NCBI RefSeq assembly: GCF_964355755.1
Contig: NC_092673.1
Span: forward strand, 26,285,648 to 26,349,647
Direction: 5' to 3'
DNA: 64,000 nucleotides
DNA from: Antedon mediterranea
Taxonomy: Eukaryota; Animalia; Echinodermata
Shown here: one piece after another, positions 61,966 through 64,000 of the stretch
Layout of the letters: each line of letters opens with the position of its first letter
Position numbering within the stretch: the first letter of the stretch is position 1
Translations under genes and position numbers: made by a program
Notes under the pieces: model-generated
What the model saw: the letters and a program-made list of their open reading frames with translations, nothing else
Databases searched by the model: none
Told to the model about the DNA's origin: nothing

Positions 61966-64000
61966 CTATGTTCTTAAATGAGCTATTAATTCATTAACCG
62001 TTGTAAACTTCTTTCTGCAGGTTTTACACTTATATGGGCTTTCTCCGGTATGTACCCGTAAATGTATTTTCAACAAAAATTCAAAACTAAACTTGATTCC
62101 ACAATGTTCACACATAAAATGTTCTTCTCCTGATGTGTGTATTAACAAATGTTTTTTTAACTTTTTCTCATCTGTTAACTTTTTCTCACAATATTCGCAT
62201 TCATATAACTTGTCTACTGTATGAAGAGTCAAATGTTTTTTAAAACTTCGCCGCTGAATATATTTCTGCCCGCAAAATTGGCATTCATATTTACCTAAAT
62301 GCACTATTAAATGTTTGTTTAAATCGCACTTAGTTTTATATTTCAATCCACAATGTTCACAATCATGTAGCCCTTTTCTTGCGTGTTGTGATCGAAAATG
62401 CCTTTTCAAACTTCTGATGTTTTTAAATCGCATTCTACATCGACTACATCTGTGAGATTTTATGCCGGTATGCATTCTTAAATGCGCTTTTAAGTGAATA
62501 AAAAGTTTCAGCGTCTTTCCGCAATGTTCACACTGATAACGATACAATTCGTCACATCTATTGGACGAGTTGTCTTCATAATGTACCATTGATCCCGCCA
62601 GTAAATTTTGTTTGTATTGACAAGAAAATCCGTCCATTTCATCTGTGTGTATCTTCATACCATTACTATCTGTATACTTTATCTCTTTACATATTTCATC
62701 CTCATTGCATGTTCTCCAATTTGCTTCTAAACTTTTGATATTTATGTCTTTTTTATTAACTTCAGATTCACATTCTTCTTTCTCTCTTAACTGTGTTGTA
62801 AATTCTGTATCATTAATTTCTTTATTTTGCTTTGGTTGTTTACTGTTACCTGGCAACAAATCTGATATTAAATTGTTTGTTGTGAGGTTTGGTTTCTGTC
62901 CATGCTGATTAAATTGACATGAAAATTCATCTTTTTCATTTGTGTGTGTTTTCAAATCAGAGTTCATTAAACTATCGCAATTTATGGAATTCTCTCCAGA
63001 ATCTTCTTTCTGTTTTCCAGAGTGCATTTTCAAATCCTTACTATCTGTATTTTTTGTTTCTTCATTATTGCATGTTTTCCGATTTGTTTCCAAACTGTTG
63101 GTCTTTGTAATTTCTTTTTGTTTAGAATGACTTTCTTCTTTGTTTGCTAACTGTGTTGTAAATTGTTGTTTTCCTTCACCTGGCAACAAATCCGAGATTA
63201 AATTGCTAGTATTCGATGATGTTTGTTCATCAGTGTGTACTTTCAAATGTATTTTTAAATCGCTACTCTCCTTAAATATCTCCTTACAATGTTGACTTTC
63301 ATTTATTTTCTCTGTATTCGTCATCAAATGTATTTTTAAATCACTACTCTCCTCGGATATCTCATCAGAAAGTTGATGTTCCTTCAATTTCTCTGTATAT
63401 GCTGTTGAATTATCTTTTAAATCATTCATTTCTGTAAACACTTCATCACAATGTTCATGTTCTTTTAATTTCTCTGTATATGTTGTTAAATGCTCCGATT
63501 TTAAATCATCACTCTCTATAAATTCTTCGTCACAATGTTGACGTTCTTTCAATTTCTGTATTATAGTTGTTCCCAATTGTTGTTCACATTCCTCGTCCTC
63601 TGATGAACCTTCCTCTGCAAATTCCATAGATTGGTTTCTTTCTTTTTCTTTGTAATGTTCCTTTTTTAAATGTTTATTTAGTGCGCCTTTTAACTTGTAC
63701 TTATTCCCACATTCTTCACATTCATATGGCATATCTTCTTCTGTATGTGTTTTCAAATGCATTTTTAAATCCCTGCTGTCTAAGAATATCTCATCACAAT
63801 GTTGACATTCTGAGAATTCCTGTTCAAAATCTTCGCCCTCTGATGATGAACTTTCCTCTGAGAAATTCTCAGAATGCGACTCTACTCTCATGGATTTCTC
63901 CAATTCATTTTCTGTACAATGTTTCTTTCGGATGTGTCTATTTAGTGATCCTTTTAACTTATACTTATTTCCACATTCTTCGCATTCATGTGGCATATCT
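61966..64000 (-). CDS. C2H2 zinc-finger protein, 3' part; frame is open to the right edge of the window
   Basis: At least 676 aa; CxxC-12-HxxxH fingers at both ends with HTGESPY / HTGIKSH linkers and an acidic middle. True start probably lies outside the window. Confidence 0.92.
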   Translation of the reverse strand, partial: DMPHECEECGNKYKLKGSLNRHIRKKHCTENELEKSMRVESHSENFSEESSSSEGEDFEQEFSECQHCDEIFLDSRDLKMHLKTHTEEDMPYECEECGNKYKLKGALNKHLKKEHYKEKERNQSMEFAEEGSSEDEECEQQLGTTIIQKLKERQHCDEEFIESDDLKSEHLTTYTEKLKEHEHCDEVFTEMNDLKDNSTAYTEKLKEHQLSDEISEESSDLKIHLMTNTEKINESQHCKEIFKESSDLKIHLKVHTDEQTSSNTSNLISDLLPGEGKQQFTTQLANKEESHSKQKEITKTNSLETNRKTCNNEETKNTDSKDLKMHSGKQKEDSGENSINCDSLMNSDLKTHTNEKDEFSCQFNQHGQKPNLTTNNLISDLLPGNSKQPKQNKEINDTEFTTQLREKEECESEVNKKDINIKSLEANWRTCNEDEICKEIKYTDSNGMKIHTDEMDGFSCQYKQNLLAGSMVHYEDNSSNRCDELYRYQCEHCGKTLKLFIHLKAHLRMHTGIKSHRCSRCRMRFKNIRSLKRHFRSQHARKGLHDCEHCGLKYKTKCDLNKHLIVHLGKYECQFCGQKYIQRRSFKKHLTLHTVDKLYECEYCEKKLTDEKKLKKHLLIHTSGEEHFMCEHCGIKFSFEFLLKIHLRVHTGESPYKCKTCRKKFTTVNELIAHLRT

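Overview
AT-rich, intron-containing animal genomic DNA; the gene set and repeat types suggest an invertebrate deuterostome, probably an echinoderm (inference). I reconstructed nine protein-coding genes by hand from GT-AG boundaries and frame continuity: TIA1/TIAR-like (-, runs off the left edge, absent from the ORF track), an intronless orphan class A GPCR (+), TMEM129 (-) head-to-head with PERK/EIF2AK3 (+, 16 exons), an 89-aa SYCE3-like gene (-, absent from the ORF track) head-to-head with a divergent iRhom (+), a 4xDED-NACHT-LRR NLR (+), NOP16 (+) and a THEG-repeat gene (-). A tenth, a C2H2 zinc-finger ORF (-), is cut by the right edge. Non-coding DNA holds several minisatellites, many MITEs, a SINE and a Penelope-type minimal hammerhead ribozyme. 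Most notable: the SYCE3-like gene outside vertebrates, the quadruple-DED NLR, the iRhom with non-canonical pseudo-active site, an N-terminal prion-like extension on TIAR, and a compact ER-stress neighbourhood with a shared TMEM129/PERK promoter. All homology calls are from memory of the families; no searches were run.
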